Assembly (NCBI GenBank): GCA_965233585.1
Contig: CBDDTI010000095.1
Location: 1 to 21,316, forward strand
DNA from: a bacterium
Lineage (GTDB): Bacteria > SAR324 > NAC60-12
Direction: 5' to 3'
DNA length: 21,316 nt
Part shown: positions 1 through 11,899 of the stretch, in pieces
Layout: every line of letters begins with the position of its first letter
Numbering within the stretch: position 1 is the first letter of the stretch
Notes under the pieces: model-generated
What the model was told of the DNA's origin: nothing
The model's input: only the letters and a program-made list of their open reading frames with translations
Databases searched by the model: none
Position numbers and translations under genes: made by a program

Positions 1-1984
1 TATATATGTAAGTATTCATTGTCGTGGGGTAAAATATTAGTCAGAGTGTAATTTCTAGTTCTGGAAAGGGAAATTACAACATTTCTGCCCCTGATATCGA
101 TGCTGATAGTAATGATTACAAGTTATTATTGTTTGCGTAGTGCAAGATTTGTCGTGTGACAACGTTCCTCTTCGTCTTTCCACAATAGATATTAAACAAA
201 AAATAATAATCATCGTGGCCACTTATAGCATAATCAGTGCATGATAAAGAAACACAAAGAGCAATCCATATTTAAGGTTTCTAGTCAGTAAAGATTCTGA
301 ACACAATTCAGTTTTTATTTTTCAGTTCAAAGGACTAACAGATGATTAATGTTTTAAATATAGCTAAAGTTTCTTTGAAACAACTGATAAAGAAATTACT
401 ATCGAATGACATTTTGAAACCTTGGGATTCGTGTTAATGACTGTTGGAACCTCGGGATGTATTTTAAGGAAAATTATAGTTTTAGGTTATAGTACGAAAC
501 TCTGTAGGTTGTCTTTCTTTTTGATAGCAAAATACATATAAGACTTTTGTTTTTTCAGCCGAAGCTAAATATTGCAATTTTTATGTCCGATTTTAGGATT
601 TTTCTTTTTTAAATGCTTAGATTATGTAGGGTATGGCATTTCTTTAAATTTGAAGTTTCAATGGCTTTGGAGTCACTGAGTGTGCAGGTATTCAAGCCTG
701 CTTGATTTAACAAAAATAACTTCTAGGAGAAATGTTATTAGCATCGAACATTTGACCAGTCCTATTTTTTTTTTTTTTCCCGAGAGAGAAGGAAAAAACA
801 TACTGTTTAGTTAAAAGATGTGATTGTACTGTATCATGACAAATTTTCAACACACGAAATAGCTGTTGGTGGAGTTGAGTCCTCTGCCAAATATACCTTT
901 GTTTAGAGGAGCACACGAACGAGGCTAAAGGGTCAAGGCAATGCAGAATTGACCCTTTCGGCTCGTTACCATGTCAAGACGCTGATAATTGCAATAAGAG
1001 CTATTATAATCTTTCAAAGAATTCCAGTCTCGGGTTTATTCTAAAAATATTCCTAAAATGTTACAAATTTCAGCCTCGATATTCTCAAATAATATATTCT
1101 TATAAAAAAAAATAGTAATAATAATAATATTTGTCGATTGGGACAAGTTTAATGCAAAAAGCGTTTTAAATACAAATATAGCATACTCTCTGCAATTTTT
1201 AAAGAGAAGAAGGAAAGGTATTATTTTGAAGCGATAGCTGCGTCTGCTGTTTGTTCATTTTGCCATAATATGAGGTTTGCTGGCCCTTTTCATATACTTT
1301 TTGAAATTTTGTCCGGTTGATGTTAAAACTACGTTCATTCTACCTTTCGTTTTTCACATTTCCCATTTCGTGTTTTTTAAATAGACATGGTCTTGCAACT
1401 TTATAAAATTTCCAAAATAACTGATGTGAGGTAATCCGTTTTTAACGCATAGCTTTATTCCCATTTCGTCACATGACGTTTTTTAGAATACACTATTTAA
1501 CACAAAGAAAACACGATTTGCGTAGCATTTTATGCATGAGTGCGTTATTAAAGATTAATTGATTAGGCTAACTTCTGCTACGACCAAATTAATTATGTCG
1601 GTTGCGAAATTCAAAGAAAATCAAAGACAAAACGCAGCAGCCCTCGCTATTAGCAATTTCATTAAAGAAAAGTCATTTGAAATTTGTATAAGCAGTTCGG
1701 GAGTGTGACGCTAGGGAGATAGGAGAAAAATATAAAGAAGAAACACAATCATGACGCGCGTATTACGTTAAGAGACAACGGGTTTTTCAAGATCTTTTTG
1801 TTATTGGATATTTCAAGAAGTTAAGAGAAGTATATTGGGATAAAGCGGAATTACTTGTATGTATCCGAACTAAAAGCAATTCTATTTTTTTCTGGTCGCT
1901 GAATTTTCGGATCGTCAACGGTAGGTAAGTGCTTATTGTAGCGGCAAGCTCCAGTGTAGTATTTAGTGGTATGATATTCTAATG

Positions 1985-2583
<599 letters not shown>

Positions 2584-3405
2584 CAGTTGGAAGGGATCAA
2601 GACGGTGACAAACTAGGAACGATTCTTGGTAAAAATGGATTTATATTATAGTTATTTAGATCTTTTTAGGGCACTGATCGGTCAAAACCTGCTCAAGCTG
2701 TTAAGAGCGTGTCCGTGCAAGAACCGACCACTCAAATTTTCGTGGAAAATGGATTGCCTTCATTTTTTCTACACAAGTCAACCAACATCTGCAATGACCT
2801 AAAATGAGCTTTATTTTGATAGATTCGTCTTTTTTAACTTTTTGAGGAAATGTTTTTGGACACAGCACGAAAAGCACACAAACGGGTAATTGAACCCCAA
2901 AAATTTGGGGTTACATTATGCCTGCTCAAACTTCGCATGTTGGATGAAACAGCCTCATTCTTTCAGGATCACTGCATAATCCTTCATTCTTTCCTCGCAA
3001 TTAAAAACTATTTGCTTATCTTAAACGCAAGCAAAGTTATGACGTTTTAACCTGCTCCTCTAATAAAGGTATTTGCCATCCTTGCTGCCTCCAAAAATAC
3101 AGATTATTTTTGCCAAAAATGGGACCTCTTCATGAATGATGACTGTATTAATTAGCTACAAGCTTAGCCCAAGCCTTAGCTACAATCATCTGTATTAAAA
3201 GTTGTGAGCACTCATAATTTTGATGCGCGAAAAATTCTACTAAATCGCGGAAAATTCAACATTTTGTGTAGAAATGACCAATCTCATCCTTTGACTGAAA
3301 TGCGATTTTAAGTTTCTCAGCGAACTTTTTGTTATTAAGAGATCAGAATTATTAGTTTTAACGCTTGAAGAACTCGATGAGCTCTCAAGCCTTGCTTTGC
3401 ATGAC

Positions 3406-3483
3406 TGATCGTCACCGGCTGTTCAGTCACGCAGCACGCATTTTTGGTTGAAGCAGGCGTTGATTTAAAATCTCGTATTCCTA
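3406..3483 (-). repeat. Dispersed repeat, inverted copy of 11120-11197; probable DNA-element terminus
   Basis: The reverse complement taggaatacgagattttaaatcaacgcctgcttcaacc...ggtgacgatca aligns ungapped to 11120-11197 with about 12 mismatches in 78 bp. Confidence 0.8.
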
Positions 3484-3866
3484 GAGAAATGAGCAGCCTT
3501 ATTAGATTATTTTATACGTTTTCAACACTTCATCTTTTCATTATCTTGGTTTTAAAAGCCATGCTCTAATTATAAGTGGAAAACGCACCAAATAATACTT
3601 CAATTTTGGGATGAGTTTTGGATGGGCATGGCCCCGGATCCCCTAGTGGTATGGGCCGATATTTGCTACTGGACGGTGACTCACACAACCCTAGCTTAAA
3701 CCTTGATTCAATGCATGTCGAGAATGAATTTCATCACCAGAGTGATGAATCAATAAAATTGATATCTTCCTGAACATCAAACCAAAAAAGCAATACTTTA
3801 TTTTGTTTCCCCGAGTAAAATGTTTTGAAAGTTAAACATATTTACAAACATATTTAAAAACTATTC

Positions 3867-4043
3867 TGTAAGAAATAATTGACAGTTCATAGTCACGTGA
3901 TTTAGACCACATGCTTTCGCAAGCTAGTTAGGTTTCGTGTTTCAAAAAGAATCTTGTATGATTTTCGCTTAGTTATGATGGAATGTGAATCGAACGATTA
4001 AACAAGTTAAAATTGGTGGTGGACGAACTCGTATTATTTGATA
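3867..4043 (+). repeat. 5' LTR (TG...TA; terminal CA mutated)
   Basis: Direct repeat of 10335-10511 with about 10 substitutions in 177 bp. Confidence 0.96.
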
Positions 4044-4061
4044 TGGCGCCCAACGTGGGGC
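4044..4061 (+). promoter_or_regulatory. Primer-binding site complementary to the tRNA-Lys(CUU) 3' end
   Basis: TGGCGCCCAACGTGGGGC directly after the 5' LTR; this is the canonical Lys1,2 PBS 18-mer. Confidence 0.93.
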
Positions 4062-4521
4062 AGTGAACACACAATCGACGAAATGAGCGAGGAATTAGCG
4101 CGGTCTTGCGCTAAACGTGGTGGTAATCAAACTGTATTGACGAAGCTTGCGAACGAAGCACATGATTTGCTGAAAAAGGAGGTGTTGAATCGGCCACGAT
4201 TGAAAACTCTGGCGGAATAGATATTAGAGAAGTTGGCAATTGTAAAATCCCTCGACGAAGCGATTCTGGAAACGTGTAAGGTCGAAGACATCGAACTCGA
4301 AAAAGAAGAATCGTACGAAATTAACGAAAGAGCGTTGGAAACACGACGAAGGATCATGGATGCGTTAGCCGCTGTCGAGAAGGGCCCCGACAAGTCCGAC
4401 AACAAGGAAATTGGTGGAGTTAATGTGCCCTTGGTGTCCCTTGAATAGCCTCCTATTTCTGGAGATGAACACGCAAATGAACCGTTAAATTTGGATTCTG
4501 GAAGCCCCTCAATTCATGTGC

Positions 4522-4619
4522 CGGGGAGCTCGAACGCAACACACGCTGGAAACACACAATCGTCGGGGAGCTCGAATGCAAACACACTACACGCTGGAAA
4601 CACGCAATTATCGGGGAGC
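4522..4619 (+). repeat. Short in-frame tandem repeat in gag (~42-48 bp, two units plus a partial)
   Basis: cggggagctcgaa..acacgctggaaacac repeated; encodes GSSNATHAGNTQSS / GSSNANTLHAGNTQLSGS. Confidence 0.8.
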
Positions 4620-4648
4620 ACTGATAATGCAGGTATGGTTCAACAAAC

Positions 4649-5071
4649 TAACTTTAGTTCGTTAGCTAATCCAAAGGCAAAGTTACCTAAGCTCGTTCTA
4701 CCGAAGTTTAGAGGTGTAATAACTCAATGACAGACTTTCTGGGATAGCTTTAACAGTGCCATTCACGTAAAGCCCGATCAATAAATTAAATCATTTACAC
4801 TCGTTGTTGGAAGGCCAAGCAGCCCGCGCTATACAAGGATTGACTCGAACAGACGCGAACTAACTTTAGTTCGTTAGCTAATCCAAAGGCAAAGTTACCT
4901 AAGCTCGTTCTACCGAAGTTTAGAGGTGTAATAACTCAATGACAGACTTTCTGGGATAGCTTTAACAGTGCCATTCACGTAAAGCCCGATCAATAAATTA
5001 AATCATTTGCACTCGTTGTTGGAAGGCCAAGCAGCCCGCGCTATACAAGGATTGACTCGAACAGACGCGAA
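4649..5071 (+). repeat. 212-bp tandem duplication inside gag
   Basis: 4649-4860 is repeated from 4861; one internal mismatch seen (catttacac vs catttgcac). Confidence 0.95.
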
Positions 5072-5779
5072 TTATCAATCGGCTATTGAAATTTTGCAGA
5101 ATCGTTTTGGAAGGCCCCAGAACATAATTTCAACGCATATGGATGAGTTGCTAAAAATTCCTGGGTGTACTAGCGACAAAGCTTCACAGCTCCGATTCCT
5201 GTATGACAAGATTAGCGTAACTGAACGTGCGCAGTCTGGAGTCCCTTGGTGTCAGTTCTAGCCATTATGGTAGCTTGTTAATTCCCTTGATTATGTCCAA
5301 ATTACCTCAAGAACTACGAATTCAATTCGCTAGAAACACGGCTCAAGAGGTCTGGCAAATGTCTGACATATTGGATGTGATTCGACAGGAAGTAGAGGCA
5401 CGAGCGAAGGTGTTAAGGTGAACGCTGACAAACCTAACCCAACATACAATCAGATGAAAACACCGTCTGCTGCAGCTCTTAGCGCTAACGTTAACGAAAG
5501 CTCGTTTGGAATTCCTCCGAAGAGATCGAAGATGTTTTGTTTGCTTGCGATTTGGTCATCAAAGCATGCAGTTCGTGTAGTTTGGACTGTCGGCGTTCTC
5601 ACGGAAAACGTCATCAGTCCCTGTGTCGCCAAACGAATTCACCGAGAGAGACATCTAACCCAAACGAGTATTCGCAAAACACGCAGACTCTTGTGGGTCA
5701 CGTTACAAACAGTCACACAATGGATGGTCACGCAGCGAACTCACAGACTCAGAGAATCACAACAGCTGCCAGTTCGGAG

Positions 5780-8700
5780 ACGAAAGGACACGTTTTATTG
5801 CAAACCGCAACTGCACTCGCAACAAATCAAGATGGGTCGAAGTCCACAAGGGTGAAAATATTGTTCGACTATGGAAGCCAACGTTCGTATTTAACAGATA
5901 GTCTTAAGTCTAGGCTTAGCCTGAAACCAACGAGGACGGAAACCCTCCAACTCAATACATTTGGGGAAAGGAACTTTCGAAAACAAAAATGTGATGTTGT
6001 AACTTTGCATCTTGAGAGCTGCAACGACGAGACTGTGGAGGTTTCGGTCCTTAGTTTTCCTGCTATTTGTTCACCGCTCCCGACAAGAGTAGACGCAAGC
6101 AGCTACCCGCATTTGAAAGGACTGCAATTAGCAGACTGCTCCGATTCTCAAGATTCGATTGATGTCCTAATTGGATCGGACTATTACTGGGACTTTGTAG
6201 CCAATGAAATCGTGCTCGGAGACTTTGGTTCTAGAGCGATCAATAGTAAATTCGGATGGCTGCTCTCAGATCCAGCGGAGTTCGCTACCAGTTCTGAAAC
6301 AACTGTGACAAACCTGATCATATCGGGCAACAACAATGATTTGTTCGACCACACCCAATACCCCCTCGTTGGCACTTTGAAGCAGTTCTGGGAAACTGAA
6401 TCTATCGGAATAAAAGTAGAATTGGAATGCGAGCAGTCAAGCGATTGTTTCAACGACAATGTGCGATTTAATGGTGAACGTTACGAAGTGGAGCTCCCGT
6501 GGAAGGAGAATCGTCCTGTCATATCAAGTGATTACGAACTGTGTGTTGACCGTCTCAAATCTCCGCAACGAAGATTGTTGAAGGACCCAGAGTTAATTCA
6601 GGAATACCATCGAATCATTGAAGATCAAATTAGCCAGGGAATTGGGGAAAAGGTCCCGGCAGAGCAAGGCGAAGTCAACGAAAGCGAAACTGTGCATTAT
6701 TTACCGCACCATGGTGTGATCCGAAGGGATCGAGAAACGACTAAATTAAGAATTTTGTATGACGGATCAGCTAAGCCACCTGGACGCATTCACTCCTTGA
6801 GCGACTGTCTTCAAACTGGTCCTAATTTTACACCACAGTTGTTTGACACTCTTGTTAAATTTCGCTGGCACAACATTGGTCTGACTGCCGATATCGAGAA
6901 GGCCTTTCTGATGGTAGGAATTCGTGAGACCGACAAGGACATGCTGAGATTCCTGTGGTTTAAAGATCCTGGCGACCTGAATTCCGAAATTGAACTTTTG
7001 AGATTTACGAGACTGGTGTTTGGACTGAGACCATCGCCAGCCATTTTAGGATCGACGATTCGACACCATTTAGATACGTAACTATCAGAAGAAATCAATA
7101 TGGAATTGATCGAGCGGTTAAAGAATTCCCTGTCTGTGGATGGTCTCGTTACCGGAGAACCGAACAACGATAAGGTGTTGGATTTGTACTCCAAGTCTGA
7201 ATCAATTATGCAGCGATGTGGATTCAATTTGCCAAAATGGAACACTAACTCGACCGTTGCAAGAGAGGTAATCAATCGATCAACCGAAGGAGTGACGCCC
7301 CCATCTGTATCCGAAGGCGCGAAGTTCGTCACCGAAGAAGATGAATCTTATGCAAAGGCCACAACAGGACCACCAGTCAATGACGACAAGACCGCTGACC
7401 GAAATATTGTCAAGGTGTTGGGCTCAATTTGGAATATTGCAACCGACGAGTTCACGTTCAACTTGTCTGATCTTGCAGAACAAGCTAAGCTGCTGCTGAC
7501 TACAAAGCGATCATTGCTGAAGATCTCGGCTAAAATATTTGATCCACCTGGACTGTTAAGCCCATTTACTATACAGTGGAAGGTTTTATTTCAAGTACTC
7601 TGTAATGAGCGCACCGATTGGGATGAACAATTGAGTGACGGACACTTGACGAGATGGAATTCACTCATCGCCGAACTTCAAACACTGAACAGTGTTCGCA
7701 TGCCGAGATGTTACTTCGACAGCCATTCAGCAAGTTTGCTAAAATCAGCGCAACTTCACTGTTTCAGCGATGAATCTGAGAAAGCGTACGCAGCAGTCAT
7801 TTATATTCGCTCGCTTTACGAGGATGGACATATGGAAGTCAATTTAATGGCATCGAAAACCAAAATTGCACCGTTAAAGAAACAGAGCGTCCCCAGGCTT
7901 GAGTTACTCGGCGCTACCATTCTGGCACGACTGGCTAAAACTCTGCAGAACGCGTTGCCCCAGAAGTTAGAAACTGTGTACTGGGTCGATTCCATGACAT
8001 TCTTATGCTGTATCAGGAATACAAGGCCATGGAAACAGTATGTCATGAGCAAGGTGCAAGAGATCCGTGAGAGCACTACTCCAGCGTCTTGGAACTTCTG
8101 TCCCGGCGAACAGAACCCAGCAGATATCCCTTCGCGTGGATTGACAGCGAGCGAACTGGTCACCGAATACAAATGGTGGAAGGGTTTGGAAATTCTGTAC
8201 AACGTTGAAGAAGAATGGCCGCGTGAGGACAACTCCCACTCCGAGAACGAAAATGCCATGAAAGAAATCGTGAAGAATCCTGCAACTATCACATATGTTT
8301 TGGTCAGCGGTGAACAAGTGTGAAAGACTGGCTTACATCAAATCATTGATGCTAACCACTACAGCAGCTTGACAAAATTGTTGCGTGTCACTGCTTACGT
8401 CCTTCGATTTACGAGGAGATCAAAGGAGAAGAGAGGTCCCGAACTGAACGCAGAAGAAATACGAGCTGCCGAAGAACTGTGGATTAAGTCCATACAGAAC
8501 CAATCGTTTCAAGAGGAAGTGTGCCAATTGATGTCGAAAGGAAAAACGCTCGTTCCAATTCTTGTGCGACAGTTTGACCTGTACATAGATGAGAGAGGCA
8601 TCATGCGATGCAAGAGTAGAATTCAGAACAGTTCACTCAATCAAGACGCCAAAACTCTAATGTTGTTGCCTTCAAAGCATCATGTGGTGGATTTGATTGT

Positions 8701-10143
8701 CGGTGTCAATCACCAGCGGATGCTGCACAGCGGAGTAAACGCAACGTTGACGTCTGTGAGAGAGCGGTTTTGGATATTGCAATGAAGACGAGCTGTCAAA
8801 AGGTGCCTAAGAAGATGCGTGACGTGCCGAGGGACAGCCATTCCCACTACCACAGACACCCGATTTACTCGAAGAACGAGTTTCTGATTGTCCACCTTTC
8901 ACGCACACAGGTGTGGACTTCGCAGGTCCTTTATACACGACAGATAAAGGTTGAACAAACACAGATGAAGCTAGAGCTTACGTTTGTCCGTTTACGTGCG
9001 CCTCCACTAGAGCCGTACACTTGGAGCTAACAAGACGAGTGACTGCCGAAGCCTTTCTATTGGCCTTTCGCCGATTCACGAGTAGAAGAAGTTTGCCAGC
9101 CACATTACTATCGGACAATGCCAAGACATTCAAGTCTGCTTCAAAGGAAGTTGTGAAAATAGCAAGAGCCCAAGAAGTTTTACATTACTTGGCAAACAAC
9201 GGTGTAACGTGGAAATTTAATGGTTGACTAGGCTCCATGATGGGGCGGATTCTGGGAACGCTCAGTTCAAACCGTAAAAAGGCCACTAAAGAAAGTGATT
9301 GGACGGGGTTGTCTGAATTTCGAAGAGCTCAGTACCTTGCTGACGGAAGTGGAATGTGTCGTCAATGCTAGACCTGTAGCATACGTTTAAGATGACTTGG
9401 ACGGTGTGAATTTTGCGCTAACTCCTTCACACTTGATCAATGGTAGACGCTTGCAGAACACTCCCAATTCAAGCCATTTTGAGGTTGTTAGCACCCATGA
9501 CAAGGGCGGATCCAGGATTTTGAAATGCGGGGTGAATTTTTGTAATAATGTCAGAGAAATCAAATATTATTTTAATATTTGAGGGATAAGAAAAAAAAAA
9601 AGGAATGGGGGGGGGGGGGGGGGGGCTCAGAAAAAAAAAAGGGGGGGGGGTGAAAATTCACCCATTTCACCTCCTCTGGATCCGAGCCTGCATGATACGC
9701 TGACTCGACGATCGCAGCACCAGAAACGCCTGCTGAATCAGTTTACAGCTGCCTGGAGATAGAAGTATTTGGTCAACTTACGCGAAGCACACGCCACGAA
9801 TTCGAGGAGAAAGGGAGAGAATCCCGGAATTGCTGTTGGCGACGTAGTACTGCTTCAGAATGATTCGACCAAGAGAGCACTGTGGAAATTAGCGATCGTG
9901 ACAGAATTGCTAGTAGGAAGTGACGGCCAGGTCAGAGCGGCTGTTGTGCGGGTAGCAGATACTGGAAACTTACTCAAGAGGAGTGTCAAACATTTGATTC
10001 CCATTGAAGTGAAGGCCAACGTTGACCCATTGCCGCAGCCCGAGGGTTCAGTTCGGTCTAAACAAGGAACAGTAACTGTTGATAGCAGACCTCGACGTAA
10101 GGCGGCGATTGATGGAGAAATTCTACGGAGACTGAGATCATAA
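5780..10143 (+). pseudogene. pol: BEL/Pao pol remnant: aspartic protease, RT, RNase H, integrase, C-terminal DUF5641-like domain
   Basis: Protease VLLQTA..ILFDYGSQRSY; RT YLPHHGV..KLRILYDGS, TADIEKAFL, LVFGLRPSP, with YVDD degraded to SVDG near 7133; RNase H LHCFSDESEKAYAAVIY, PRLELLGA, NPADIPSRG; integrase HQRMLHSGV..CVTC, GVDFAGP, SDNAKTF, WGGFWER; GDVVLL. Multiple stops and frameshifts. Confidence 0.95.
9501..9690. mobile_element. 190-bp MITE nested in the integrase region
   Basis: TIRs caagggcggatccag / ctggatccgagcctg; 5-bp TSD CATGA (9496-9500 and 9691-9695); removal restores ...VSTHD-TLTRR. Confidence 0.9.
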
Positions 10144-10326
10144 GAATTTTGACTATTTGAAATTTGCTGAACCTTTTTCGTGTTTCAATTTTCTCGAACT
10201 TGCAGTATGTTGCAATGGAACTGAGACCACAAGTGGTCTTCAAGAACTCATTAATTTGCGAGCTTCATTTGTTGTATTAGTTTTGTCATTTCACAAATAC
10301 ATCTGTATCACTAAGTGTGAACAGAT

Positions 10327-10334
10327 GCGGGGAG
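10327..10334 (+). promoter_or_regulatory. Short polypurine tract
   Basis: GCGGGGAG directly before the TG of the 3' LTR. Confidence 0.7.
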
Positions 10335-10511
10335 TGTAAGAAATAATTGACAGTTTATAGTTACGTGATTTAGACCACATGCTTTCGCAAGCTAGTTAGG
10401 TTTCGTGTTTCAAAACGAATCTTGTATGATTCTCGCTAAGTTATGGTGGACTATGAATCGAACGATTAAACAAGTTAAAATTGGTGGTGGACGAACTCGT
10501 AATATTTGACA
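10335..10511 (+). repeat. 3' LTR (TG...CA)
   Basis: Direct repeat of 3867-4043, followed by TSD TATTC. Confidence 0.96.
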
Positions 10512-11119
10512 TATTCAAAGTAGTGGATTTAGCTGTGCAATGTTCTACTAGCTTCCGGGGAATTCGTTTGCAAATTGCACAAAACTGCATGTCCGGGTTT
10601 TTCGGGTATCAGAACGCTTTGTGAACACGCCATCAAAATTGGTTTCTCTAACAATAAGAGGAAATTCTGCTTTAATCTAGTATGCCATATAACTTTGTGA
10701 AAATTGGCAAGTCTGGGATGCCATATTTTTATGACTTTGATATGGATACTTGTGAAACTTCGCCCACATTATGTATTCGATTTACTCGGAATCAAATCGA
10801 GCGGCTACTTAAGAACATTTGTATCGGCATGGTATCGGTAAAAAGGTCCATTTCGGATATCAGTTTGGATAAAAATCTTTCTATGAGCTCTCCCGAATTA
10901 TTAACAACTGACATTCGCAAAAAGAGTGTCCCGGACGGTCTAATGTGAGCAGCGAACAAATCACTCAAATGGTGTTGACATTGACCCAACTGTTGCTTTG
11001 GCGATGACTCAATTAAAATTAGTATAAGAGCAATCTTATAAAAAGAAATAAGAAAATAAAAAAGTCAAAGGTGTTAAAAAAGTACGTATCAAATAGTCTA
11101 AAAAGGCTGCTAATTGCTA

Positions 11120-11197
11120 TGGGAATAAGAGGTTTTAAATCAACGCCTCCTTCAATCAAGAATGCGTGATACGTGACGAAACGGTCGGTGACGATCA
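11120..11197 (+). repeat. Dispersed repeat, inverted copy of 3406-3483
   Basis: About 85% ungapped identity by eye. Confidence 0.8.
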
Positions 11198-11460
11198 CTA
11201 GTGGTCCGTCACAAGCACATCCTGGGAGACCCAGGGGCTACTAGCCGGGAGGAAGCGATATTTTTGGGCGAAAGTTTACTTCAAGAGCTGAAGAGCCCCT
11301 GGGAACTTCTTCTTACAGAACCAGTTCCAAAAGTGGTCAAATTCCGTCCCACTGATTGGACAAAGGCCAATCACCGAGGAGCTCCAGCCGGGTAACTCTG
11401 TCACCTTCTTACACAAAATGGTTTTCTTTATTCGATCGACCTGCTCGGCCCGTACAGCGT

Positions 11461-11802
11461 GAAAATTGTCTTGGAAAGTTTCATAAAAAAAGTTTCAACG
11501 AAGCCGATGAGATCACAAGCCGTAACATGGGGGCTGGGAAACAATACTCTGCCATCAATTATTTCATGAATTTTTACAGCTAATGTACGTGATCTCTACA
11601 CTGCACCGTTGTTTTAGGTTTCGGGGAGAGCTAGTCGTGTGCACAAGCTTACTAATTATATCCCCTCGATCGTTGAACAATTTCTGAAACTTACAGCATG
11701 TGCAGATCGTCATTGCACGGGCCATGCAACTGTGTCGACCGAACGTGGGAACGATCGACTAATTACAGTGCACGCGCCTTCTTGTTATCGCGCCAAACCA
11801 AA
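11461..11802 (+). repeat. Diverged outer inverted repeat, left copy (the interspersed repeat may begin near 11219)
   Basis: Aligns with indels to the reverse complement of 17265-17630; shared blocks caagccgtaacatgggggctgggaaacaata, agctagtcgtgtgcacaagcttact, cctcgatcgttgaacaa, atcgcgccaaaccaaa. Confidence 0.9.
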
Positions 11803-11899
11803 AATCCCTTAGCAATATGGCTTTCAACAGTGTTGGGCGTAGATTCCACTACAACTCGATAATTTCTGGCTATGATCTATCCCTGTTGTCGTTCTGTTA

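Larger units (their letters stand above)
4083..5640 (+). pseudogene. gag: BEL/Pao gag remnant (DUF1759-like region plus degraded Cys/His knuckles)
   Basis: Fragments KLPKLVLPKFRG, LHSLLEGQAARAIQGL..NYQSAIEILQNRFG, RSLESLGV..YGSLLIPLIMSKLPQE, CRRSHGKRHQSLC; broken by stops and frameshifts. Confidence 0.88.
3867..10511 (+). mobile_element. Full-length, inactivated BEL/Pao LTR retrotransposon
   Basis: Two 177-bp LTRs; 5-bp TSD TATTC (3862-3866 and 10512-10516); PBS and polypurine tract; domain order gag-protease-RT-RNase H-integrase with BEL/Pao-type motifs. Confidence 0.97.

Noticed and set aside
927..958. 10-bp stem hairpin aaagggtcaa...ttgacccttt
   Set aside because: Isolated and short; no supporting context.
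4127..8895. Minus-strand ORFs within the retrotransposon (e.g. 6811-7332, 7816-8292)
   Set aside because: Antisense shadows of gag/pol with no recognisable motifs.
10682..10989. 88-aa and 65-aa ORFs as genes
   Set aside because: No recognisable domain; surrounding frames contain stops.
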